A stretch of DNA of 64,000 nucleotides from contig NW_027361692.1 of the NCBI RefSeq assembly GCF_039654945.1, positions 21,018,001 to 21,082,000 on the forward strand, written 5' to 3'. Shown here in pieces: positions 11,669 through 23,924 of this stretch. Under the pieces are notes generated by a model. The model made no database searches. It was not told where the DNA came from and was given only the letters and a program-made list of their open reading frames with translations. Position numbers and translations under genes: made by a program. The first letter of the stretch is position 1; every line of letters starts with the position of its first letter. The stretch is from Dendrobates tinctorius. Its lineage: Eukaryota.

Positions 11669-11836
11669 GAAAAAGAGCGCAAAACAAACTTTTGAAACGC
11701 GACTTTGGCGCGTAAGTCGCCGACCTCGTGGTCGACCTCATCCTAGGGTCGGGTTTCGTTTCATGAAACCCGACTTTGCCAAAAGTCGGCGACTTTTGAA
11801 ATTTTTCGACCCGTTTCGCTCAACTCTAGTCATAAG

Positions 11837-12127
11837 TAGTGATGAGCGAGTATACTCGTTGCTCGGGTGTCTTCTGAGAATTTTGACGTGCTCAGAGATT
11901 TAATTTTTGTCAACGCAGCTGCATGATTTGAGGCTGCTAGATAGCCTAAATACATGTGGGAATTGTCTGTTTGTTAGGGATTTCCCACATGTATTCAGGC
12001 TGTCTAGCAGCTGCAAATCATGCAGCTGTGTCTACAAAAACTAAATCTCACAGCACGCCAAAATACTCGGAGGACACCTGAGCATGCTCTGGAAAACCGA
12101 AGCAATGAGTATACTCACTTATCACTA
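11837..12127. mobile_element. hAT MITE (~290 bp, palindromic)
   Basis: TIR TAGTGATGAGCGAG / CTCACTTATCACTA; 8-bp TSD GTCATAAG at 11829-11836 and 12128-12135. Confidence 0.9.
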
Positions 12128-12135
12128 GTCATAAG

Positions 12136-13050
12136 TATTCAGACCCTTTGCTCAGTATTGAGTAGAAGCACCCATTTGAGCTAGTACAGCCATGATTCTT
12201 CTTGAGAATGATGCAACAAGTTTTTCACACCTGAATTTGGGGATCCTCTGCCATTTTTCCTTGCAGATCGTCTCTAGTTCCATCAGGTTGGATGGTGAAC
12301 ATTGGTGGATAGCCATTTTCAGGTCTCTCCAGAGATGATCAATTGGGTTTTGGTCAGAGCTCTGGCTGGGCCAGTCAAGAATGGTCACAGAGTTGTTCTG
12401 AATCCACTCCTTTGTTATTTTAGCTGTGTGCTTGGGGTCATTGGCTTTTTGGAAGGTGAACCTTGGGCCAAGTCTGAGGTCCAGAGCACTCTGGAATAGG
12501 TTTTCATCCAGGATATCTCTGTACTTGGCTGCATTCATGTTTCCTTCAATTGCAACCAGTCGTCCATAAAAAACCTCCATAGCATGATGCTGCTACCACC
12601 ATGTTTCACTGTTGAGTTTCTATTGGGCAGATTATGAGCAGTGCCTGGTTTTCTCCACACATACTGCTTAGAATTATCACCAAAATGTTCTATCTTTATC
12701 TCATCAGACAAGAGAATCTTATTTCTCATAGTCTGGGAGACCTTCATGTGTATTTTAGCAAACTCTGCGGGCATTCATAGGCTTTCATATGTCTTGCACT
12801 GAGGAGAGGCTTCCATCAGGCCACTCTGCCATAAAAGCCCTACTGGTGGAGGGATGCACTGATAGTTGACTTTGTCGTACTTTCTACCATCTCCCTACTG
12901 TATCTGTGGAGCTCAGCCACAGTGATCTTGAGGTTCTTCTTTACCTCTCTCACCAAAGCTCTTCTCCCACAATTGCTCAGTTAGGCTGGACGGCCAGGTC
13001 TAGGAAGACTTCTGGTGGTCCGAAATTTCTTTCATTTTAGAATTATGGAG
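12136..13050 (-). mobile_element. Tc1/mariner remnant with partial transposase
   Basis: ORFs 12535-12774 and 12152-12580 contain ILLSDE, VKHGG, NDPKH and WPSQS..QNPI; both ends truncated. Confidence 0.9.
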
Positions 13051-13365
13051 TTCATTCACAGATCAGCCGGGGACTCCCCGCAGCCTCAGTGTTGTCAGCA
13101 GGAGTCCCCGGCTGATCTGTGAATGAACTAATGACCATGGGAACAAAGTCAGAAACTTTCCCACGGTAATTAGTTCATCTACAGGCAGCCATTGAGGCTG
13201 TGCAGAGCTGAATCAATTCATTTTGTAGTAGATTACAGTGAGGCTGGTCGCATTAGCACCGGTACTCATTGTAAACTACTTAACCCCTTCTGATGGATTG
13301 CAGCGTGGGACATGACTGAATGGCGGAGAGATAAGGATATTGGTGATTTTTTATGTTATTTTTGT

Positions 13366-13935
13366 ACGCGTATTGCCGCTGCGACTAGCGGCTTCGTCGC
13401 AGCGGCAATACGCGTGGGGCCTGCCTACCACCCCGTTTCTTTAGCCCCTTTGGGACTCTTGCTGCTCTAACCTGTATCTGGTGGTTCTAATTTGCTCATT
13501 ATGCATCCACTGCAACGTTTCAATTTCAGCCATGGTATAACCATTCTTGGGCGTCTTTTGCACTAGGCAATTTCATTCTGTGGTTAGTTCCTCATGCTTT
13601 CGGGCAGTTAGGATTTACATTTTTTCTTACATTGATTTATTATATGCTTGATATCAAGTCTATTTTTCTGCCTTATCTTTGCCTGCAATGTACATGGCTG
13701 TCTTGTTATATATAATTGCATGATATGTGCCTGCTTATGGGTGGCTATGAATAGTCCAATATGGGCCTCATCTTAGGTTCATATTACCTGTTTTTTGGGG
13801 GTGTCTGGGTTATTGGCTCTTTGTTTGTATTTTAAATGTTTTTAGCTTATTGTATCCAATATGAAATAAAGGTTTTTTATTGTCTATTGGGATGTGCATA
13901 CCATCATTAGCCTAGTCTTTTTCTTCCTTTTTTAT
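13366..13935 (+). mobile_element. Penelope pLTR/retrozyme-like remnant with a short 5' inversion
   Basis: 50-bp hairpin (13366-13415) built from a decayed hammerhead (GACGA-AGCCGCT..AGCGGC-AATA-CGCGTGGGG), followed by an AT-rich tract with AATAAA. Confidence 0.45.
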
Positions 13936-14398
13936 GTACATGCTTATTGTCATATGCCAACTAGCTTATTATCCTAATTCTCATAATGCTCAGTGAAAAA
14001 TGACAGCACCTGTTTCATTGAAAGAAGAAGGAAGAGTAACTAGTTGTCATGAAATCATAATTATGAAAATAACATATGAGTGGTCATGTGATGACCTCTG
14101 GAATCAGGTCATCACATCCTGACAATGAGCTAATAAGATTTGTCTTTTTACAGTTATTCAGTTTAGAATTAATGCTCCTAACATAAATACAGATGTAGTA
14201 ATTTTTAACTTGTCAGATGGCACATTAGTTTATTAATACAGCCATGTATCACGTTATCTGACAAGTTATGGATTGCTATATCTGTGCGGGGTCAGAACCA
14301 ATAACAGTGCAGTAATTCATCACCAGAACCACCAACAACACATAAATACATGACCAAAACCACCAATAGCACAGAAATACATTACCAGAACTGCCAAC

Positions 14399-14990
14399 TG
14401 TGCTGCTCAAGAAAATAAAGGGAACACTCAAATAACACAGCCTGGATCTGAATTAATGAAATATTCTCATTGAATACTTTTTTCTGTACAAAGTTGAATG
14501 TGCTGACAACAAAATCACACAAAAATCTTCACTGGAAATCAAATTTATTAACCAATGGAAGCCTGGATTTGGAGTCACACACAAAATTAAAGTAGAATAT
14601 AATGTCCTTAAAGTCAAAATGAGGCTCAGTATTGTGTGTGGCCTCCATGTGCCTGTATGACCTCCCTACTGTACAATGCCTGGGAATGCTCCTGATGAGG
14701 GGGAAGATGGGATCCTGAGGGATCTCCTCCCAGACCTGGACTAAAGCATCCACCAACTCCCGGACAGTCTGTGGTGCAAAGTGACGTTGGTGGATGGAGC
14801 GAGACATGATGTCCCAGATGTGCTCAATTGGATTCATGTCTGGGGAATGGGCAGGCCAGTACATAGCTTCAATGCCTTCATCTTGCAGGAGCTGCTGACA
14901 CACTCCAGCCACATGAAGTCTGGCAATGTCCTGCATTAGGAGGAATCCAGGGCCAACCGCACCAGCATATGGTCTCACAAAGGGTCTGAC
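14399..14990 (-). mobile_element. Tc1/mariner remnant (C-terminal transposase plus one TIR)
   Basis: ORF 14529-15095 has LMQDIARLH...WPAHSPDMNPIEHIWD; TIR-like CTGCTCAAGAAAATAAAGGGAACAC. Confidence 0.85.
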
Positions 14991-17029
14991 CCCTTCTTCA
15001 CACTGTTTTGTCACAGTGTATGTTCCTATACCATCCAGTCTTTGTACTCTGCCCCTCCTTACCTTACACACCCACTCTGCATACAGTCCCCTCAATATTG
15101 TGAATTCATACCATCCCTGAATGCTGCCACCTCTTTATACCTACACAAGAACTCAGTTTCTATATAATGCCCAATCACACTTTTCTTTCCTCAAATTGTC
15201 CTCTCACACTTTTCTACCCTTACACTAGCCCCTTGCATATTTCTTCCCCCACACTGTAGCCCATACTGACTTCTCACTATAATGCCTCCTTACACTAGCC
15301 AGTCTTTGTACTTTGCTCCATCATGCTTTTCTCCGACCTATTGTCTCCTATAACTTTTTTCCTCCCATATTGGCTCCTAACAGATTACCCTCATACAATC
15401 TCCTCACACATTTCATGCCATACTGTATCCTTAAACAATCCTACTTTCCATATTGTCTCTTAACACATTTTCCCCTACTCTCAATACTGCATCCTCACAC
15501 ATTCTCCTCATCTCCATACTGTCTCCTCATACTCCCCTACCTCCTCCCATACTGTGCCCTAACAGCATTACCTTGTCAAAAATGTTTTTTTCAGTGCAGT
15601 GTCATTGGAACACTGATCTTGTCGCCAACCACAGCCACTGCAGCACAGAAATGGTATCACCAGTGTGATCAGTTGACCTGTGCCCGGAAGTGTCATCAGT
15701 CAGAGCTTCAATTGTACTCATGCCTGAAAGGTACGAGAACAATTAAATGGAGATTTCTAGCATTTAACATGTTTTCTGAATTGGCTGCCAGTTAGACAAC
15801 TGACTTTGAGAATGGCTGAAGCCCACATTCAGGGAATGGAAAAACCCCAGGCAGATGCATCAGGTGGTTCTAAGGTGCCCCACTGCCAGTGCCTCCCTAT
15901 TGGGTATGCACTTTCTTATTCTACTCCTGTAGTCTTCCCTTTACATTTACTAGCAATATATAGTCAATAAAGATGTGAAATATTTTGTTATAATAATGTG
16001 CTCTATCAAATACCAGCTAAATGACAATTCATGTTTTTCAGTTAGAAGAAATTCATATTTTTTCTGTTGAAATAATCCTTTATCTTCATTCATCTGTCTT
16101 TTCTACATGTCCCGGTTATAGCAATGAGCAGGGGACAAATCCATAGAGCTGTAAAAAAAAGCAAAACTTTTAAAAATTTGGGATAAAGCTCACATTGTTC
16201 TGTAAAAGGGCATCTACAATATAATGTGCACATTATTTTTGCAGCACCACAATGTTCTGGAAAAAGCAATAGATTACAAAGTAAGTCTCCATTGGCAAAG
16301 AAACATTTTCTGCAGCTAAATTTATGACATGAATCATTCTTGGCTTATAAAAACTTTGGGAGCTAATATATCAAAATGTTTACAACAGAACACTAGTGTA
16401 AGAGACTTCGAGAATTTGCAACTTTTTTGTTAAAACATGTTGAAACATTTGTCATTTTCATGTTGATTTCAAACAGCTGCATCAAAATGTCCAGAGCTTT
16501 GAAGAAGCCAGTTCAAGAAGGGCATAGCTATGCCTATCTAAAAAGTTAATCGAGAATGGTGCCACTGATAAGCTGTGCCAAAGTCATTTAGTGGTGTGTA
16601 CATCTTAATGAATTTGGTGCATCTTATTCTTCCACAGTCCTCATTAAGACTGGCGTATGAAATGCCAGTTTTATTGATTTGGGGCCATAAAGTTTTTTGC
16701 ATACTATTTACATTGTATCTGGCTGCTGAGCTTAGTGATTGGCTGCAGCAATGATGCACACTGTAGTTGTGATGTCACTACTGCTGTTTATACAAAGAGA
16801 CAAAAAGCTACAAATATGTAGCAAGGGCCTAGGAGAGCTAAGTCTGTTAGTGTATGTTCCCAGCTACAAATGACTTGTGATTGACAGATGGCATGATACA
16901 AATTGTTTGATATCGGTGCTCTCACATTGTGTTCAGGCATCCATTCATTGGCCCCATTTGGGACTGGTATCCCAAACCCCAAAAAAAGGATTTCAGGCGT
17001 ATGCGCCGAAGGGGAAATAGACTATCAAA

Positions 17030-19130
17030 GAATCATAGAATGGTAGAGTTGGAAGGGACCTCCTGGGTCATCTCGTCTAACCCCCTGCTCAAAGCAGGAT
17101 TCATTAAATCATCCCAGACAGATGTCTGTCCAGCCTCTGTTTGAAGACTTCCATTGAAGGAGAACTCACCACCTCTCGTGGCATCCTGTTCCACTGATTG
17201 ATCACCGTAACTGTCAAAAAGTTTTTTCTAATATCTAATCTGTGTCTCCTCCCATTCAGTTTCATCCCATTGCTTGCTTCTATTCTTTCCTTGTACAACT
17301 AAGAATAAAGATGATCCTTCTACAATGCAACAGCTCTTGAAATATTTGTAGTCTCCTCTCCTCTCAGTCTTCTTTTTTGCAAGATAAACATTCCCAAATC
17401 CTGTAACCATTCCTCATAGGACGTGGTTTATAGACCAGACACCATTCTGGTTGCTCTTCTCTGAACTTGCTTCATTTTGTTGATGTCTTATTTAAAATGT
17501 GGTCCCCAAAACTGGATAAACTATTCCAGATGAGGTCCGACCAAAGGGGAGTAGAGGGGGATATTTACTTCACATGATCTAGACTGTATACTCTGTTAAT
17601 ACATCCCAGAATTGTATTTGCCTTTTTTGCTGCTGCATCACACTATTGACTCATGTTCAGTCTGTGATCTATTAGTATAACCAAGTCTTTTTCACGTGTG
17701 CTGTTGCTTAGCCCTATTCCTCCCATTTATTGATGAGCGATTATACTTGTTGCTCGAGTTTTTCCGAGCATGCTCGGGTGTCCTCCGAGTATTTTGGCAT
17801 GCTCAGAGATTTAGTTTCTGTCACCGTAGCTGTATGATTTGCGGCTGCTGGACAAGCTTAATACATGTGAGGAATGCCTGTTTGTTAGGGAATTCCCACA
17901 CGTATTCAGGCTGTCTAGCAGTCATAAATCATGCAGCTGCTACTACAAAAATTTAATCTCTGAGCACTCCAAAATACTCGGAGGACACCCTAGTATGCTC
18001 GGGAAAACTTGAGCAATGAGTACACGCGCTCATCACTACTCCCATTCTGTATATGGGTTTTAATTTTTATTGCCCAGATGTGCTTTGCATTTTTCACTGT
18101 TAAAAACCATTCTGTTAGTTGCTGCCCACTGCTCCAGTTTATTTATATATTTTTGAATCCTTTCTCTGTCTTCTTTAGTATTAGCTATTCTTCCTAGCTT
18201 TGTGTCATCAGAAAAATTAATCAGTTTGTCCTCAGTTCCTTCATCTAAATCATTGATAAAGATGTTGAACAATACAGGGCCCAGAACAGAGCCCTGTGGA
18301 ACCTCACTTGAGACAGTCTTCCAACTGGATGTGCAGCAATTTGCAACCACTCTTTGGGTCTGATCACTAAGCCAGTTATGAGTCCACTTAACAGTTGCTT
18401 TCTCCATTCCATAGTTAGTCATTTTTTCAATAAGGATTGTGTGATATTTTGTCAAATATTTGCTGAACTCAAGATATACTATATCTACAGCATTTCCCTG
18501 ATCCACCCAGTCATTGATTCTGTCATAGAAGGTAATTAAGTTAGTCTGACATGACTTATTATTTACAAACCCATGCTGACTTTGATTAATCACCTCATTC
18601 TTATCCAGGTACTTACATACATGTTGTTTAATAATTTGTTCATCTTCCCTGGTATAGAAATCAGACTCACTAACCTATAGATCTCTGGGTCCACCTTATT
18701 CCCCTCTTTGAAGATAGGGATAACATTTGTTCTTCTTTAGTCTTGTGGAACTTCTCCTATTCTCCAAGAATTTTCAAAGATTATGGAGAGTGGTTCAAAA
18801 ATTTCTTCTGCTATCTCCTTCAGTACTCTGGGGTGTAATTCATCTGGACCTGGAGATTTGATTTAATTTATGGTAGCTAAATGTTTCCTCACCATCTTTC
18901 TGTTTATAGATATCCTGGATTCTTCTATTCCTTTAATAGGACAGTCAAGATCAGTTGATGTTACATTTACTTTCTGAGAGAAAACAGATGTAAAATACGG
19001 TAGGAATTTAAAAGTTTGGCCTTCTCAACATCCTTTCTTACCGTTTCATCATTTTCATCCTATAAAATACTATAGCATTTTTGACTTTTCTTTTACTTTG
19101 GACATATCCCCCAAATCCTTTTTTATTGCT
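17030..19130 (-). mobile_element. CR1 LINE, 5'-truncated, degenerate RT
   Basis: QHGF..SCQTNL, VPQGSVLGPVLFNIFINDLD, FSDDTKL; C-terminal RKNFLTV.VINQWNRMP; CR1-type 3' end TTCTATGATTC. Confidence 0.92.
17728..18038. mobile_element. hAT MITE (same family as 11837-12127) inserted in the CR1
   Basis: TIR TATTGATGAGCG / CGCTCATCACTA; 8-bp TSD CTCCCATT at 17720-17727 and 18039-18046. Confidence 0.92.
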
Positions 19131-19149
19131 ATTGGCATCTGTTGCAAAA

Positions 19150-20045
19150 GCTTGGTGTAACTTGGTGGCTATGATTGCTGACTGGAGTTTCCATGTTGTT
19201 GTAAGGCAGGATATTGGGTGGTAGATGGATGGAACTGTTCCTTTTGTGAGGATCTTTCATAATCAGCACTGTTCTTCCTTGTGTTAACCAAGTTTGGTGG
19301 TGGCCTGCTTCTAGCAGTTGGTTCATCTGCTTTGCCATACGTTCATGTACTGCGTGAATTTCTTTAGCCAGTAGGTGTTGATCATGTCTGAGTCAGATGC
19401 TGTCCAGCTCTTCTTGTTCTTGACCTGCTGTTGGATGTCTGCATCTGTAAGGCTGGTTTCACATTTGCGTTAAAACAACGCTGCGCCCTGCGTCGTTAAG
19501 CCCCGCCCCGAGCCGGCTCCCTGCCCGCCCCATCCGGGATCACCGCCTACTTTCGCATTTGCACGCATGCGATCGGTGCACCCTATCTTTAGCATAGGGT
19601 GCGCAGATCATGCGCTGCCAGTGTGAAAGTAGCGTGCTGCACACTTTTGACGGTGCGCCGTGCGCGCCGAAATGCAGCATGTTGCATTTCGGCGCGCACG
19701 GCGCACCGTCAAAAGTGCGCAGCACGCTACTTTCACACTGGCAGCGCATGATCTGCGCACCCTATGCTAAAGATAGGGTGCGATGATCGCATGCGTGCAA
19801 ATGCGAAAGTAGGCGGTGATCCCGGATGGGGCGGGCAGGGAGCCGGCTCGGGGCGGGGCTTAACGACGCAGGGCGCAGCGTTGTTTTAACGCAAATGTGA
19901 AACCAGCCTAACGGTGACTGGTTCTTGCTCTAGGTGGTTGCTGTGTTTAATTCTTAGATCTTGCAGCCACATTGCACTGGTGTGTATTTTTCCCTTCTCC
20001 TATATGTTCCTGCAGTATTGCTCAGTCTAGCTTGGACTAAAAAGG
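19150..20045 (-). mobile_element. R4/Dong-like (RLE-class) non-LTR retrotransposon RT fragment
   Basis: Minus-strand translation YWLK..HAVHERMAKQMNQLL...WLTQGRTVLIMKDP..., matching the pre-RT domain 0/1 region of R4/Dong-type elements as recalled. Confidence 0.7.
19451..19908. mobile_element. PIF/Harbinger-type MITE, 458-bp near-perfect palindrome
   Basis: GGCTGGTTTCACA...TGTGAAACCAGCC; TAA TSD on both sides; arms complementary along nearly their whole length, centre ~19679. Confidence 0.92.
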
Positions 20046-21165
20046 TTCAGACAGAGTGAACGTGTTGTGCATCATTTTTGTCACAAAGGAGGAAGAAAAA
20101 GACCGGGTTTTTCAATGTATCCGCACTGACCACACAATGACAGAAATATTCTTGAAAGCTTTATTGTGCCGATGCATTTCGTGGCAAATCTGCCACTTCC
20201 TCAGGGCCAAAGATTCTTGCGGAAGTGGCAGATTTGGCACTTTTGTGACATTGGTATCTACGGGGGTCTGCAGCGACCACTGGTTCCTTTTACATTCTGC
20301 AAGGGGTTGTGACTGTTCACAACCTGGAAAGGTGAGTGTACCAACCATGTATTGTCACCCAAAATATCACTTTTATCGCCCTATGTACGCTCTCTTTCCT
20401 TAATTTCAGAGTGCATCATTTTTGGGCATGTACGCCTACTAGAGGAGGACATTCAGATGTAGCAGACTCAGACATAGTAGAAAGCACCCTACATTTCACA
20501 ATGTTTTAAGTATAGCCTACATACCAATAATATAAATCCAAAAAAGGCTAAATGCATAAAAGCTCATCCATAAGAGTACAGCAAAAATCTGAAAAGAAAA
20601 AATAGGACCAAAGAGCAATATAGTGTCTTTGGCACTATATGCATTCATCACTTTACTTACCTCCATACACCTCCTCTATGTATTCTTATGGCCGGTATTA
20701 CTGAACGCCATTTTCGCTGTCGGGCTATATCTTCTCCTATGCACTATTATTTGTAGGTCCTTATTGGACCACTAGTATTGCACTACTGCACTTTATATTT
20801 AATAATTGAGAGATATTTGCTTATTCAACTACTTATACATTTTTTATCTGGTGACTATTGTTTATTTATATCCCTATACTTGCTGTTCTCTTATGGCCAA
20901 TTGTATATTCTTTGGGTATATGTGATATATGGATTTCACCAACTTACTTGCCTTTTATATACTAAATCTAGTCTGAATGTGGCATCTAGGTGTCGCTGAT
21001 TCCCTTTTTCATACTGTTATATATTATATATTACTTATTCTATTCAATTTTTTGTAAACAATAAAAATTACGTATTTTATTTATTGCTCTTTGGTCCTAT
21101 TTTTTGGATTTATACCAATAGCATAGTTTGAAATTCACATGCAACTTTTGCATTTTTATTGTATA

Positions 21166-21450
21166 CTAGATAGAGGCCCGATGCTATTGCATCGGGAGGG
21201 GGGTAGTGTCACGATGGGGGCAGGCTTTGCAGCATTGAGAATCTCTCCCCCCCATGTACTCACCCACCTATCCACTCTCTCTTTCCCCATGTGCTGACTT
21301 CTCCAGTCTGTGCTCTCTTCTTTGACCTGTCTACCCCATGTGCTATCCACCTTTGTCTGCTGTCTCTCTCCTTCCTGTGCTGTGTTCTGCCCTCATGTGC
21401 TGTCCCATTTGAACTGTCTCCTCCCCATGCTTTATCTCTCTCACTCCTGT
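21166..21450 (-). mobile_element. Helitron 3' terminal fragment
   Basis: Minus strand CCCGATGCAATAGCATCGGG hairpin followed by CTAG|T at 21166. Confidence 0.6.
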
Positions 21451-21879
21451 GTCTGACCATGTACAGAACATACCACAGCTCCTGGTCAGGGGAGGAAGCA
21501 ATAGACAATACTGGCATTACAGCAGGAGATCGCAGAGGATACATTTTGTACGGTAAAATATTGTTTAAAAACAGTCAGTGAAATATTTTACCTCACAAAA
21601 TGAATCCTCTGTGATCCCCTGCTGTAATGTCAGTATTGTCTTTTACTTCCTCCCCTGCCCAGGAGTTGTGGTATGCTCCATACACAGTCAGACACAGACA
21701 ATTTTTAAAATGAACTTTCGTTCATCAGAAAACCCCTTTAATGTGACCCGCTTCCCCTGCCTGTAGACATGTCGCACATTTGCCACCGGGATCAGCCGAA
21801 TGATTCACTGCTCCTGCACAGAATTTGCATAGGCGCAGTGTGAAAGGGGTTACGCTGGTGGTACTGCGCAAGAGGCTGC

Positions 21880-22370
21880 GAGAGTGTGTGAGTGTGTGAG
21901 TGTGTGTGAGAGTGTGTGTGAGTTTGAGTGTGTGAGTGTAAGTGTGAGAGTGTGTGAGTGTATGAGTGTGTGTGTGTGTGTGTGTGAGTGTGAGTCTTAG
22001 TGTCTGTGAGTGTGAGTATGAGAGTGAATGTGAGTGTTTGAGTGTATGAGTGTGAATGTGATTGTGTGTGTGAGAGTGTGTGTGAGTTTGAGTGTGTGAG
22101 TGTAAGTGTGAGAGTGTGTGAGTGTATGAGTGTGTGTGTGTGAGTGTGAGTCTTAGTGTCTGAGTCTGTGAGTGTGAGTATGAGTATGAGAGTGAATGTG
22201 AGTGTGTGAGTGTATGAGTGTGAATGTGATTGTGTGTGTGAGTGTGTGAGTCTAAGTGTGTGTGTGTGAATGTGTGTGTGTGTGAGTGCGTGAGTGTGTA
22301 AGGGTGAGAGTGTGAGTGTGCATAAGTGTGAGAGCGTAAGTGAGTGTGTGTGTGTGAGTGTGTGTGTGGT
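21880..22370. repeat. Degenerate (TG/TGAG)n microsatellite with an internal duplication
   Basis: GT-rich tract; the His/Thr-rich ORFs are translations of it. Confidence 0.95.
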
Positions 22371-23924
22371 GCGTCGGTGTTCCGCTGGTGGTACCGCGCA
22401 ATAGGTTGGTACCAGCAGCAGTTTCCATATTGAGACACGCATCACTTGGGTGTCCCAATATGGCTGTCGGTGAACTTCCTCCGCTTGGAATTCTGGGATA
22501 CGGTGACATCTGGACAGAACAGGAAAAGAAAACATTACAAGGCAATTATATAAATAGATAAAACATGAGTGATTGTTCATCAGCATTTATGATTCGAGTT
22601 TCATCAGTATTTGGTCAGTGTTTCAGCTTTGACATCAGTTTCAGTAGAGATTTTTAACAAATAAGAAAAAAATCAGTACTAAAGCTATACCTATCCATTA
22701 CAATGCTAGTCACAGACAGCACATGGATAGTATTTGAATGTCATCCATGTGCTGTCCGTAATCTTTATGTATCTATAGACTTGTACGGATAATTTTGATC
22801 CCTGAAAAAGATAAAAAACAGACATGTCTCCAAAATTCTTTTGCTGACAAATGATCTGAAAAAAACACTTCATGTGAATAGTAGCATAGACTTTAATTGG
22901 TATGTATTCTATCCATGAAAAATCACAGTTAAAATCCTGTAGCTGTCTGAATAAGGTCATAGTGTTTTCAGACAAGCAATGCAGTTCTAGCAGTCTGCAC
23001 TTCTACATTTATTTTATTTGCTAGAAGGTGCGTGCCAGCTTTGTTTTTTTTTTGAGCTTAATAAATGGATTGTCTCGTAAAAGCAGCACTTGAAAAAAAA
23101 GAAGTCAAGCTTCTCTTACCACCAGCAATCTGCTGTTTTTGCAGGCAAAAATCATGTTTAGGCATACATTTGCCATGCAAATCTGGTGTGGAGTAAATGC
23201 AGAATAATATGCCAGGAATTCAAATAAATGGCAATCCATGACCAGGGCCTCCCATCATTAGACAACCCTTTTGAAAACTCTGTATAGTGGATTACATTTA
23301 GATTCTACACCTTGATTGCGTAATGTAGAAAACCATAATATTTACCTTCCTGATTATAAGAAGTAGAGCATTTATGTGTTTGACAATATTTCATTAATTT
23401 GTTAATTTCATTAACCTTACACTTCAAATTTAATAGGAAAGATAGTATCACACCTTTATACTCTGACAAATATAATTAGCTGGCAGAAACTCATTTTAAT
23501 TTGTTTGACAGTAAAAGATTGTTCCAAATGTCAAGACACCTTGTATTATAAGATGATTAAAATAATGCTGTTTGCAGTGAAGTTCCCATGGTGCTGCTTT
23601 ATCTCAAGTTCTTTGGCATTTAGCTGGTGACTTTAGAATCTTTAAATAATGAATACCCATCCCACTGTACTTTCGAGATTAAACTGGCTTCTTTCAGTGA
23701 ACACTAGTTAATCTATGCAGATTTTTTTTCCAAATGGATTAAATATATGATAAAATGTTAAACAGGAGCTTCAAAATCAGTAATTAGGTAAAATACTTTC
23801 AGAAAGTTATGTTCCAAAATAGCAACAGAATCAGAGGACCTTGAATACATAGTCCAGCCAATGAGAAGAAAAGGAAAAAGGTTCGTTAGTGTCAAAACAA
23901 GTGTGTCAAAAGTTTCTTCTTTAA

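Larger units (their letters stand above)
2514..11828 (-). mobile_element. hAT-superfamily DNA transposon, 9.3 kb
   Basis: 13-bp TIRs TAGAGTTGAGCGA (2514) / TCGCTCAACTCTA (ends 11828); palindromic subterminal motifs CCGACTTT..AAAAGTCGG; internal hAT transposase. Confidence 0.92.

Noticed and set aside
20056-20403. Possible host exon (GTGAGT donor near 20332)
   Set aside because: No recognisable homology and no convincing acceptor or frame.
21725-22586. His/Thr-rich protein
   Set aside because: It is the translation of a (CA)-rich microsatellite and is open in several frames.
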